Part shown: positions 18,186 to 27,086 of the stretch, in pieces
How the letters are laid out: every line of letters begins with the position of its first letter
Numbering within the stretch: position 1 is the first letter of the stretch
Assembly: GCA_003510435.1 (NCBI GenBank)
Contig: DOMK01000006.1
Span: 1-57,239 of the forward strand
Direction: 5' to 3'
Length of the DNA stretch: 57,239 bases
Origin: Candidatus Magasanikiibacteriota bacterium
Lineage (GTDB): Bacteria; Patescibacteriota; Patescibacteriia; Magasanikbacterales; UBA922
Made by a program: the position numbers and the translations under genes
The notes under the pieces: model-generated
Database searches by the model: none
Seen by the model: the letters and a program-made list of their open reading frames with translations, nothing else
Told to the model about the DNA's origin: nothing

Positions 18186-18527
18186 CTATATTCTATTATA
18201 ATCATCTTCTATTCGCACAATATCATCTTCACCAAAATATTCCCCAGTTTGAATTTCTATAAAAATCAAATCTTCATTTTCCTGATTAGCGACACGATGT
18301 TTACTCTCCACAGATATATCAATATATTCGCCTTTTTTTACAATAATATCTTTATCATCTAAAGTCACAGTAGCCTCGCCTGAAACAACAAACCAATGTT
18401 CACTCCGTTTATAATGCATTTGGTAACTCAATCTGTGTTCAGGCTTAACCAAAATTTCCTTAACTTTGTAAGTTGGAGTATCAACTAAAACTTTATATTG
18501 TCCCCATGGGCGTTGTTCTGTTTCCAT
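18186..18527 (-). CDS. Cupin-2 domain protein (mannose-6-phosphate isomerase type II C-terminal-like)
   Basis: 113 aa cupin pattern (…YQMHYKRSEHWFVVSGEATVTLD…GEYIDISVESKHRV…). Confidence 0.6.
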   Translation of the reverse strand: METEQRPWGQYKVLVDTPTYKVKEILVKPEHRLSYQMHYKRSEHWFVVSGEATVTLDDKDIIVKKGEYIDISVESKHRVANQENEDLIFIEIQTGEYFGEDDIVRIEDDYNRI

Positions 18528-18528
18528 A

Positions 18529-19764
18529 TTAATTTTGGGTTAATTGTTCAGCCACCGATTCTCTAGTATACTCTTTATATTTATCAGCTTGTCTTTCTGA
18601 CAATCTGTCTCTTTTTATCTTAGTTGACGATTGTGTTTTCTTAAATACTAATTCTTTATCCACAATTCTTCGCCTAATTGACAAAGGCTCTCCACTGCCA
18701 TCCAAAATTTCTGACATTTGAATTCCTAATTCTTGAATCCAAAATGGATATTGACCTGAATGATCCAAACCACCACCATCAAAAGAAGTTGAATAAAAAA
18801 TCCCAGCGTTTAATAAACCTTGCCTGACTTCTTTTTTGTAAGTTTTTCTACCTAAATCAGTAAATTTTTGAAATTTTTTTCCGAGATCATCTTGTTGGCG
18901 TTCAAATCTATCATATCCAGAATCTTCATGTTCAATTTCATCATGATTTAAACTAATTTTATCTTCGGTGTTAGTCGGCCCACCAGAATAAGCCACTAGA
19001 GCTAAACCTAAATCACCAAATCTATCTCTTAACTTTCCTAAATATTTTATACCGGCATCAATACATTTTTCCACATCAAATCTTTCATCAACTTTAGAAT
19101 CAAATTTGTCTTTATCAGTTTCTTCTTCTACATCTTTATCAACTTTTAATCCAACTGCCCTAGCTGTGCCAGGAACTAATTGTAATATTCCTCGCGCACT
19201 CGGCTTAACATCTGAACGAGCAAAAGGATTACCACCACTTTCAGCCGCTACTATACCATAAATAATTTGCAAAGGAATATTATATTTTTCTGCCACTTGT
19301 TTACAGGCAATCTGGACTTTGATCCTATATTCTTCATTTTCAATTAAATATGACAAATAGCCCATCAACTCTGCTTCTTTATTAAATTTCTTAAATTTAC
19401 TTTCATATACTTTTCTTGTCTCCTGAGAGGTAACTCTAGCCCATTCAAATTTAATTACATCCTGAACTTCTCGTGGTAAATCTTTTATCCGTTCCATTAG
19501 TTCTATTTCTAAATAACCTCTAGTACTTATTTCTTTTTTTTCAACCACATCTCTTTCATCAGTATCAGATCCTACACCATCCGGAGTAGCAGACACCACA
19601 TCATCAACATTGTTATCTTCGCGACCTAAACCTGGTACTGGTTTACGAAGCAATTCACCTTCAATATCAGGAAATTGTTTTATAATATCACAACCAGAAG
19701 CAGCTAAAACAGCCATACTAACTAAAGCTTCTCTCCTTGATATTCCTCTTCTTCCTTCACTCAT
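18529..19764 (-). CDS. Exported lytic transglycosylase (SLT) domain protein
   Basis: Tat/Sec-like N-terminus (MSEGRRGISRREALVSMAVLAASGC). SLT catalytic region (…IIYGIVAAESGGNPFARSDVKPSARGILQLVPGTA…). Confidence 0.65.
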   Translation of the reverse strand: MSEGRRGISRREALVSMAVLAASGCDIIKQFPDIEGELLRKPVPGLGREDNNVDDVVSATPDGVGSDTDERDVVEKKEISTRGYLEIELMERIKDLPREVQDVIKFEWARVTSQETRKVYESKFKKFNKEAELMGYLSYLIENEEYRIKVQIACKQVAEKYNIPLQIIYGIVAAESGGNPFARSDVKPSARGILQLVPGTARAVGLKVDKDVEEETDKDKFDSKVDERFDVEKCIDAGIKYLGKLRDRFGDLGLALVAYSGGPTNTEDKISLNHDEIEHEDSGYDRFERQQDDLGKKFQKFTDLGRKTYKKEVRQGLLNAGIFYSTSFDGGGLDHSGQYPFWIQELGIQMSEILDGSGEPLSIRRRIVDKELVFKKTQSSTKIKRDRLSERQADKYKEYTRESVAEQLTQN

Positions 19765-19768
19765 AAAA

Positions 19769-20641
19769 TTAACAAGTTAAAATTTTATCACTAGACTCGC
19801 CGCGTTTTTTCAATTCAGCATATTTTGTCATTGTGTCTCTCATGGCTTCATGGACTTCGCGCATATTGATACCAATCTTAGCAAGATTTTCTGAAGCCAA
19901 AAAATTATTTGATCTACCTTTGGTGGCGAGGCCTTGCTTGACCAAATCATCATTTGTAATCCATTCATTTTTGTGATTTGGATCTACCATTTCTTCATAT
20001 AGAGCCACAATCTCACGATGTTTCAATGTTCCAGGATTGGTGACATGAAAAATTCCACTGGCTTTTTTCTCCATCAGTTGATAAAAGACATTTACCATAT
20101 CATCCACAATGGTCACACTATTTTCCACATCAATTACTTTCGGAAAAGTGGACAGTTTATCAATCATATTATTAGTTGAAGGAATATAATCAATTGGCAT
20201 ACGAATTCGGCCAATCCCCACATTTGGTAAAGTAGACAAAACTAAATCCGTTGCCCACTTGGTGCGAGAATATGTCACCTCCGTTGGATTACCCATATCA
20301 TTTTCACGCCATTTCTTGTCTTGGTGTGGAGAATCGCCATAAAAAATACAACCAGAACCAATATGAAGCAAATAAACATTTCTTTCCTGGCACGCTTCGG
20401 CAATTGTAATTGGTAATTTCGTATTACCAAGAATAGTTTCCAGTTGATGTGTCTCACACCAATCTACATTTGGCTTGCCTCGAACACCAGCAGCATTAAG
20501 AACTACGTCTGGTTTATGTTCGTCTAATAATTTCAAAACATCTTCTTTGGAGTTAATTCTATCTGTAGAAATTACAGATTCAACCCAAGCATCGTGGCAT
20601 CGATGACCAATATATCCTCCGCCGATTATTAATATAAGCAT
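19769..20641 (-). CDS. NAD(P)-dependent sugar epimerase/reductase (dTDP-4-dehydrorhamnose reductase RmlD-like)
   Basis: N-terminal Rossmann GxxGxxG (ILIIGGGYIGHR), SDR-like body. Adjacent to rfbB. Confidence 0.6.
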   Translation of the reverse strand: MLILIIGGGYIGHRCHDAWVESVISTDRINSKEDVLKLLDEHKPDVVLNAAGVRGKPNVDWCETHQLETILGNTKLPITIAEACQERNVYLLHIGSGCIFYGDSPHQDKKWRENDMGNPTEVTYSRTKWATDLVLSTLPNVGIGRIRMPIDYIPSTNNMIDKLSTFPKVIDVENSVTIVDDMVNVFYQLMEKKASGIFHVTNPGTLKHREIVALYEEMVDPNHKNEWITNDDLVKQGLATKGRSNNFLASENLAKIGINMREVHEAMRDTMTKYAELKKRGESSDKILTC

Positions 20642-20755
20642 ATAATATTATTTTTGGGTTAGGGTAAAGAAGCCGGAATATTTCCAAACAAATCTGGCTT
20701 CCTAGCCCTAACCCAAAACCATTTTATTAAGTAAGTTAATATTTAATTTAAAAAA

Positions 20756-21763
20756 TCAATTTTTTCTATACTGCTTTTGATAATACGCCTGATATTCCCC
20801 ACTCTTACAATGTTCTACCCAATCCCAATTATTCAAATACCACTCAACGGTTTGTTTCAATCCTGTTTCAAAATCCACTAACGGTTCCCAACCTAATTCT
20901 CTTGTCGCTTTGGAATAATCAATAGAATAACGACGATCATGACCTGGTCGATCTTTTACATACTCTATAAAACTTTCATCTTTATTCATCAGACTAATTA
21001 ATTTCTTGGTCAGTTCTATATTTGGAATCTCACTATTTTTTCCACCCAGACAATATGTTTCACCGATCTTACCTTTTTGAATAATAAAATCTACTCCCCG
21101 ATTATGATCATCCACATGGATCCAATCTCGCACTTGCAAACCATCACCATAGACTGGAAGTTTTTTATTTTCTTTTAAATTGGAAATAAATAATGGAATA
21201 AGCTTTTCGGGAAATTGATATGGACCATAATTATTAGAACAATTGGAAATTGTAATGGGTAAATTGTGCGTTGTGTAATATGCCCGCACTAACAAATCTG
21301 AAGAAGCTTTACTGGCAGCATACGGACTCCTAGGCGCGTACGGGGTATTTTCATTAAAAGATAAATCATCTGGACCAAGATGACCATACACTTCATCAGT
21401 TGACACATGATGAAAACGTTTATTATATTCTCGAGCTGCTTCAAGTAATACTTGTGTACCTAAAACATTGGTCCGAACAAATGCACTAGAATCAAGAATG
21501 GACCTATCTACATGGCTCTCAGCTGCGAAATGTACTATCAAATCAACACCACTAACTAAACTAAAAACTAAATCACGATCACAAATATCCCCTTTAACAA
21601 ATTTATAATTTGGATTATCAACTACATCTTTCAAACTTTCCAAATTTCCGGCGTAAGTAAGCAAATCAAAATTAGTAATCTCATCTTCAGGATGAGTCTT
21701 TAGCCAATAATGAATAAAATTTGAGCCGATAAACCCCGCACCACCTGTTATTAATAATTTCAT
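20756..21763 (-). CDS. rfbB: dTDP-glucose 4,6-dehydratase
   Basis: MKLLITGGAGFIGSNF… plus YxxxK context (YAASKASSD). 335 aa. Confidence 0.9.
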   Translation of the reverse strand: MKLLITGGAGFIGSNFIHYWLKTHPEDEITNFDLLTYAGNLESLKDVVDNPNYKFVKGDICDRDLVFSLVSGVDLIVHFAAESHVDRSILDSSAFVRTNVLGTQVLLEAAREYNKRFHHVSTDEVYGHLGPDDLSFNENTPYAPRSPYAASKASSDLLVRAYYTTHNLPITISNCSNNYGPYQFPEKLIPLFISNLKENKKLPVYGDGLQVRDWIHVDDHNRGVDFIIQKGKIGETYCLGGKNSEIPNIELTKKLISLMNKDESFIEYVKDRPGHDRRYSIDYSKATRELGWEPLVDFETGLKQTVEWYLNNWDWVEHCKSGEYQAYYQKQYRKN

Positions 21764-21766
21764 AAT

Positions 21767-22201
21767 TTATTTATGTAAATATTCTTTTACAAACTTATCA
21801 AAAATTCTTCTATGATGAAAACACATTTGTTTTGGCACATCTTCCAGTTTAAACCATTTTCTATCTTTTATTTCAAAGACTTTCCACTGTTCTATACTGC
21901 CACCTTTAATCTCAACCACATAAAACAAAACCAGAGCCGCATGCCTTAGGTCTTGTTCTGGATCAGAATGAACGGTAAACAATTCTTTAGTTGCCACATC
22001 TAAACCGGTTTCTTCTTTTACTTCGCGTACCAAACATTCTTCAATCGTTTCACCAACTTTCATATGTCCACCTGACATCATCCACATATCTTTGTACGGT
22101 TCCACATTTCTCTGTACCAGCAAAATTTCTGTCTTGTCTTGATTTAAAATAAAACCTACAGCCGATGGTCTTACATATTCAGATTGTTTTGTATATTTCA
22201 T
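21767..22201 (-). CDS. NUDIX hydrolase
   Basis: NUDIX box GGHMKVGETIEECLVREVKEETGL. Confidence 0.75.
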   Translation of the reverse strand: MKYTKQSEYVRPSAVGFILNQDKTEILLVQRNVEPYKDMWMMSGGHMKVGETIEECLVREVKEETGLDVATKELFTVHSDPEQDLRHAALVLFYVVEIKGGSIEQWKVFEIKDRKWFKLEDVPKQMCFHHRRIFDKFVKEYLHK

Positions 22202-22206
22202 ATAAA

Positions 22207-22593
22207 TTATTTCTTTAAAATCTCAAATGGATAATCATCACCAGAACGCAACGGCCTATCAGAAAATACAATTACTCTCGCCAATTCTTTTCCACAATTT
22301 TTACTAGCTATAGCAATAAAAGGTGGCAAACTAACCACGCTACTACCAACTTTCAATTCCATTTCTTTTGTTTCTTTAGTATTTACTTGAACAAATTTAA
22401 ATTTTACTTTTCCCGCTTCTACCATATACATAGAATTAGTTTCTTTGTGATAATAATTGCCAGTAATAACTCCTTCTTCCATCTCGACACGTGAAATGTA
22501 AACTTTTCCCACCTTGACAAATTCTAAAATTCTACCGGCTTTACTAGTATCTTTACAAAAATTATATTTTGTAATAAATTCATTTTTTGGCAT
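22207..22593 (-). CDS. WxcM/FdtA-like cupin (sugar 3,4-ketoisomerase-like), tentative
   Basis: Small cupin-like ORF inside a dTDP-sugar cluster. Start ambiguous: ATG 22632 would overlap the upstream gene by 35 nt; ATG 22593 does not. Confidence 0.35.
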   Translation of the reverse strand: MPKNEFITKYNFCKDTSKAGRILEFVKVGKVYISRVEMEEGVITGNYYHKETNSMYMVEAGKVKFKFVQVNTKETKEMELKVGSSVVSLPPFIAIASKNCGKELARVIVFSDRPLRSGDDYPFEILKK

Positions 22594-22597
22594 ATTT

Positions 22598-23521
22598 TTA
22601 TTTTTTGTTTTCCAACCAATTTTTAATATCATTTAAAGTACATTGATTGTGATAAGCAATATTAGCCGGCAAATTATCTAATGAAAAATATTGAAAATCA
22701 TCCATTTCTATATTTTTTTTAAAATCTTGACTAAGTAATTTTACAAAATAAAAAGAAATTACATCAGCTGCCTTAGGGCTGTGCCCCTTATCAGAATACA
22801 CATGAAAAAGATCGCCCACTATACATTTTACTCCCAACTCTTCCAAAATTTCGCGTTGACAACACTCAACAATACTTTCTTCGACATACATATGTCCGCC
22901 AGGAAAATCCCAATCACCCACAAACGGTTTTTGTGAACGCCTGGCTAATAAAATTTCATTCTTATCATTAAAAATAATCGCATTAGTTGCAAACCTCACA
23001 AACAAATTTTGTTGAGCATAAACATATTCTTTACCCAAATATTCACTAAAATAACTTCGGCTCGCTGAAATTAATTTTTTTTCTGACTGCTTTTTTAAAT
23101 ATAATAAAATAATATCATTATGATCAAAAATTAATTTTTCTCTCAAGGTCTGTTCCGGTAAAACCCAACGAAAATCATCGGCCTCATTATTTTTCTGCCA
23201 AAAACCGCCAATCACTCTTACTTCATAAATTATTGACACTACATAAAAACGACTATCTACTGGCGTTGAACTCTTGCCTTTTGCTTTTATATCAATCAAA
23301 TTTAAAATCTCCACTTCATAACCAGTCTCTTCCCTAACTTCTCTTTTAATAGTAGACTCAACATTATCATCATTCACTTCAATCCGTCCACCCAATATCC
23401 CCCAACCACCCTGATATGGCTCCACTGTTCTGTGTGTTAATAAAATTTCACCCTTGTCATTGGTCACTATTACTTGGACACAGGGTACAACATGGTCATT
23501 TTGTTCTGTATAATTGAACAT
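22598..23521 (-). CDS. Tandem NUDIX-domain hydrolase
   Basis: Two NUDIX boxes (GGRIEVNDDNVESTIKREVREETGYEV and GGHMYVEESIVECCQREILEELGVK). Confidence 0.7.
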   Translation of the reverse strand: MFNYTEQNDHVVPCVQVIVTNDKGEILLTHRTVEPYQGGWGILGGRIEVNDDNVESTIKREVREETGYEVEILNLIDIKAKGKSSTPVDSRFYVVSIIYEVRVIGGFWQKNNEADDFRWVLPEQTLREKLIFDHNDIILLYLKKQSEKKLISASRSYFSEYLGKEYVYAQQNLFVRFATNAIIFNDKNEILLARRSQKPFVGDWDFPGGHMYVEESIVECCQREILEELGVKCIVGDLFHVYSDKGHSPKAADVISFYFVKLLSQDFKKNIEMDDFQYFSLDNLPANIAYHNQCTLNDIKNWLENKK

Positions 23522-23526
23522 AAAAA

Positions 23527-24069
23527 TTATTCATTGTGTAAAAAATAATGATGCACTAGTGCCCAAGTCGCCAAAGTTTGTCCACACCAAATTTCATTTT
23601 TCCTTACCATCTGATCTACTTCATCTGGTCGACGGTACAAAACTTCTATATCTTCAAACTCTTCTAAAGCCTGGGCTTTTTGTTCAGTGGTGTAAGCCAA
23701 AAAAATATGACCTCTATCTTTTAATAAACCATTTGAACCTTCAATTATACCCAATTTTACATAATCATCTGCAATCCAGCCAGTTTCTTCTAATAATTCT
23801 TTTTTGGCCGCTTCTATTGGTTCCATACCCTCAGGAATTCCCCCACCAGGAAATTCTATACTCTGTTTGTCTTCCAAATAACGATGTTGCAAAGTTAAAA
23901 CCAACCGCCCGTCTGACATAACTGGCACAACCATTACCATACCACTAGTTTCTCCATAATAATAATTTCCTTGTTTACCATCTGGCATTTCAAAAACATC
24001 GTGTTTATAAGTCCACCACGGATTTGAATGAATTGTTTCTTCAGATATTTTCTTTGGGTGTTTGTTCAT
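23527..24069 (-). CDS. NUDIX hydrolase (ADP-ribose pyrophosphatase-like)
   Basis: NUDIX box (FPGGGIPEGMEPIEAAKKELLEETGW). The track N-terminal extension to 24171 is read-through of a repeat element; first ATG after the element is 24069 (MNKHPKK...). Confidence 0.7.
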   Translation of the reverse strand: MNKHPKKISEETIHSNPWWTYKHDVFEMPDGKQGNYYYGETSGMVMVVPVMSDGRLVLTLQHRYLEDKQSIEFPGGGIPEGMEPIEAAKKELLEETGWIADDYVKLGIIEGSNGLLKDRGHIFLAYTTEQKAQALEEFEDIEVLYRRPDEVDQMVRKNEIWCGQTLATWALVHHYFLHNE

Positions 24070-24080
24070 ATTTTTTCGTA

Positions 24081-24203
24081 ATCCCGATCCGCCCAGGACG
24101 GAGAGGGATCCCTTTTCAATGCATTTGTCGATGCAAAAATGCGTTTTATCTTTATTCTTTTTTCCGTGCAATAGAAAGGGATTCCTCGCTACGCTCGGAA
24201 TTT
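24081..24203. repeat. Family-A element, complete copy
   Basis: Left arm cccgatCCGCCCaggaCGGagagggatccctttt. Internal palindrome GCATTTgtcgatgcAAAAATGC. Right arm aaagggattcctcgctacgctcggaattt. Overlaps the last 5 codons and stop of the HIT gene. Confidence 0.8.
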
Positions 24204-24593
24204 GTCTGCCAAACTTTTTACATCAAAACTCTCTAATTTCTTAATAATAGAATGTACACTCCCCCCGCCATCACCTTCGTAACGTGGAAAAATATGCCAA
24301 TGCACGTGCGGAACTACTTGGCCAGCGACTGATTTATCATTAATTCCAATATTAAAACCATCTGGATTTAAAACACTCTGTAATTTGGCTTGAGTATTTT
24401 TCAACGCCGTAGCCATATTTTGCCAATCCACTTCTGACATTTCTGATAAATTTGAAAAATGTTTTTTCGGAATTACCACCGTATGGCCTTTGGCATGCGG
24501 AAAAATATCTAAAAACGCCAAAACAAAATCATCTTCATATACAGTATAATTTGGTATGACTTTATTAATTATTTTACAAAACAAGCAGTCCAT
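24189..24593 (-). CDS. HIT family hydrolase
   Basis: HxHxHxx motif (VVPHVHWHIFPR). The last 5 codons and the stop lie inside a repeat element. Confidence 0.8.
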   Translation of the reverse strand: MDCLFCKIINKVIPNYTVYEDDFVLAFLDIFPHAKGHTVVIPKKHFSNLSEMSEVDWQNMATALKNTQAKLQSVLNPDGFNIGINDKSVAGQVVPHVHWHIFPRYEGDGGGSVHSIIKKLESFDVKSLADKFRA

Positions 24594-24663
24594 ATAAAAT
24601 TTTCAATTTATTTTTTATCACTGATTACTGTCTACTGATGACTGACTACTTTACTATATTAAC

Positions 24664-27063
24664 TTATTTTTTGTCCTTTTTCAACCCCACGTTAGATTGA
24701 CCAAAGTCAATCCCCTCTTGCCAGACAAACATCCCCCCAACCAGCTCTGGTTCTGATTTAAAAATCTGGTTTACTTTATCAAGATTACTACCTACAAATA
24801 ACTCACTTTTTTGTACAAACCAACATTTGTCAGCCTGGGTAAGGTCTTTCATGGTAATCAAGCTAGATACATCTGGATTAACAGTAAATTTGTCTAATAA
24901 TTCAACTCTTTCTTTTTGACCAAATTGATAATCTATAGGAAAGCCACCACCAACAATTCCACCAGATGACAATGCTTCTAGTGGCAACAAAATCCAAGTA
25001 TCTGCAAGAACACAAGGTTTAAGATCAGAAGATCGGAAGATCAAAAGATCATCACTAAATAATTGATCTTTTGATCTTTTGATCTTTTGGTCCTTTCCAT
25101 CCACCAATGAATCTACACTGCTAATATTACTCATTATATACTCTGCCACCCCATATTCATCAACACTAACCACCCGTATATCTGGTCCGGAAGCATAAGT
25201 GAAAGTAGTGAACCAACTAATACTTACAATAAACAACAAAACACCAATTTTACTCAAAATATTATTTTTATTTATGTTACACGTGATTAATGATAAGTGA
25301 TAAGTGATATACATTAAACCTTTAATCAATAAAATCAAAATCAACACTGCCAACACCCCATCTAACCGTCTAGTAAAAAGTTTATCTCCCTCCAAAACAA
25401 ACCAACCAATAATATAACCACCAAGGACAGTATAGAACAACAAATTAATGATCTTTGATCTTTGATCTTTGATCTTTGACATTTCAAAAACCCCGAACAT
25501 TATCAAACACCATACAATCACCATTGCCAATATTAACCACCACCGCCAAGTATTAAAAATACTACTAACAAAAGCTAAGTCTGGCGTATGATTAAATAAA
25601 AAATTTCCACTCAAAATATCATGGGGACGAATCATACTGGCATAAAACCAACCACTAAACTGGCCAATAAGCTGTTTAAAATTCTGCCACCAAGGAATTT
25701 GATCAGGAATAAAACTAACTTTGTTAATAATTTCTATAATTGGGATAATAAAAACACTGACCAGAGCAACTATTCCTAATAAAATTCTTCTAAACAAATT
25801 ATATGGGTTACCTATATTATTTGATAAGTGATAAGTGATAAGTGATAATATAATCACAAGCCAAATCAAAATAAAATACAACGAATAACTCCAAAGCATT
25901 AAAATACTAAAAAATATTACTAAATATTTCTGATACTTATTGCCATCGCGCAAATATTGTAACCACAACATGAGAGTAAACAAAAAGAAAAGCAAACCAA
26001 AACTAACTGGCAACGTGAGACTACCCAGTGCTTGAAGAGAAAATGGTAAAAATGATAACCAAGCTAGTAATAACCCCCTACGCCTTGTACCAAACAAAAT
26101 CCAACCCAACTTAAACATTATAAATGGAAAAACAATTGACCATAAAATTGGCATTAGCCATTTATTTACAGTGATTAAATTTGTCTGCAAAGTCTGAGCC
26201 AAAACCACACTACTACCCCACATCGCGCCATAAGAATATTTTTGTGGATTAAAAAAAACTTCAGGTAAATCAACTTTGGACACTTCGATCCAATTGGCTT
26301 CTGGACCAACTAAAACTGGCAAAACTGAATCTCCAGATAATAATTGTTCTTCTACCGCAATATGACGCCACACATCTCCACCCCAAGGCATTTGGTGCGA
26401 CATGGGCAAATATAGATGAAGTAAAATTGACTGTAACAAAAAAATCAATAAAATAACTTTGGTTTTATATTTGCTAAACAAAAATATTCCAGACAAAATT
26501 GTTAAAATAAAAAATACTAATAAATAGTATTGATTAATTGTTTGCCAAGGTAAATTTAAAACACTGGTACTTTCTGAACTGTACAATAAATAAAATCCGA
26601 CTAAGCACAGAACAAAATAAGCCAAAATCCAGAGAAAATGTCCAGTAAACAAAATAAAATCTTTATCAGTCTCCGCTTCTAGATTTTCTCGATTATTAGC
26701 CTTTTTTCTTTCAAAATACCAAGCCTGTAATAAACTAACTATAGCCACCGTTAGATAAAGAGCAAAGATAAATAAAATATCTAATTTATAAACCATTACA
26801 AAAATTGAACTGACTAGACTAAGTAAACTAAAAACCACAAACCAAGAAAAAACTGACGTTAACCAAGTTTTTTTCTTCAAACTAAATACTCGTTTTAAAC
26901 TATCTTGCCACCACTGTCCCACAATAATTAGATAAGACAAAAACAAAAACCAGCCTAAGTAGGTATAGTGCCAGCTGGTCAAATTAAAATACAACAAAAA
27001 CAGATTTACCAACAAAAAAAACAAATAAGTCTGTTTTTTGATAAAAGATTGGATTTTTAACAT
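24664..27063 (-). CDS. Large polytopic membrane protein (GT-C/PMT-like glycosyltransferase candidate)
   Basis: ~15+ predicted TM helices followed by a ~200-aa soluble C-terminal domain. The track start 27084 is TTG; ATG 27063 used. Contains in-frame AAAAGATC/GATCTTT and GATAAGT short tandem repeats. Confidence 0.4.
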   Translation of the reverse strand: MLKIQSFIKKQTYLFFLLVNLFLLYFNLTSWHYTYLGWFLFLSYLIIVGQWWQDSLKRVFSLKKKTWLTSVFSWFVVFSLLSLVSSIFVMVYKLDILFIFALYLTVAIVSLLQAWYFERKKANNRENLEAETDKDFILFTGHFLWILAYFVLCLVGFYLLYSSESTSVLNLPWQTINQYYLLVFFILTILSGIFLFSKYKTKVILLIFLLQSILLHLYLPMSHQMPWGGDVWRHIAVEEQLLSGDSVLPVLVGPEANWIEVSKVDLPEVFFNPQKYSYGAMWGSSVVLAQTLQTNLITVNKWLMPILWSIVFPFIMFKLGWILFGTRRRGLLLAWLSFLPFSLQALGSLTLPVSFGLLFFLFTLMLWLQYLRDGNKYQKYLVIFFSILMLWSYSLYFILIWLVIILSLITYHLSNNIGNPYNLFRRILLGIVALVSVFIIPIIEIINKVSFIPDQIPWWQNFKQLIGQFSGWFYASMIRPHDILSGNFLFNHTPDLAFVSSIFNTWRWWLILAMVIVWCLIMFGVFEMSKIKDQRSKIINLLFYTVLGGYIIGWFVLEGDKLFTRRLDGVLAVLILILLIKGLMYITYHLSLITCNINKNNILSKIGVLLFIVSISWFTTFTYASGPDIRVVSVDEYGVAEYIMSNISSVDSLVDGKDQKIKRSKDQLFSDDLLIFRSSDLKPCVLADTWILLPLEALSSGGIVGGGFPIDYQFGQKERVELLDKFTVNPDVSSLITMKDLTQADKCWFVQKSELFVGSNLDKVNQIFKSEPELVGGMFVWQEGIDFGQSNVGLKKDKK
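25021..25098. repeat. Inverted arrays of AAAAGATC / GATCTTTT octamers inside the membrane-protein gene
   Basis: aagatcagaagatcggaagatcaaaagatc…gatcttttgatcttttgatcttttggtcctttcc. Confidence 0.75.
25450..25477. repeat. Heptanucleotide SSR (GATCTTT)x4 inside the membrane-protein gene
   Basis: gatctttgatctttgatctttgatcttt. Confidence 0.8.
25823..25847. repeat. Heptanucleotide SSR (GATAAGT)x3-4 inside the membrane-protein gene; second short copy at 25291-25309
   Basis: gataagtgataagtgataagtgata. Confidence 0.75.
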
Positions 27064-27086
27064 AATTCTTGCTACAATACTCAAAT

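Noticed and set aside
20642-20755. tRNA or small RNA in the rfbB / RmlD-like intergenic region
   Set aside because: Sequence forms a single long imperfect hairpin (GGGTTAGGG…CCCTAACCC) with no cloverleaf or T-arm; more likely an inter-cistronic terminator/attenuator.
25021-25477. CRISPR array
   Set aside because: Repeat units are 7-8 bp, contiguous (no spacers), inside coding sequence; no cas genes anywhere in the window.
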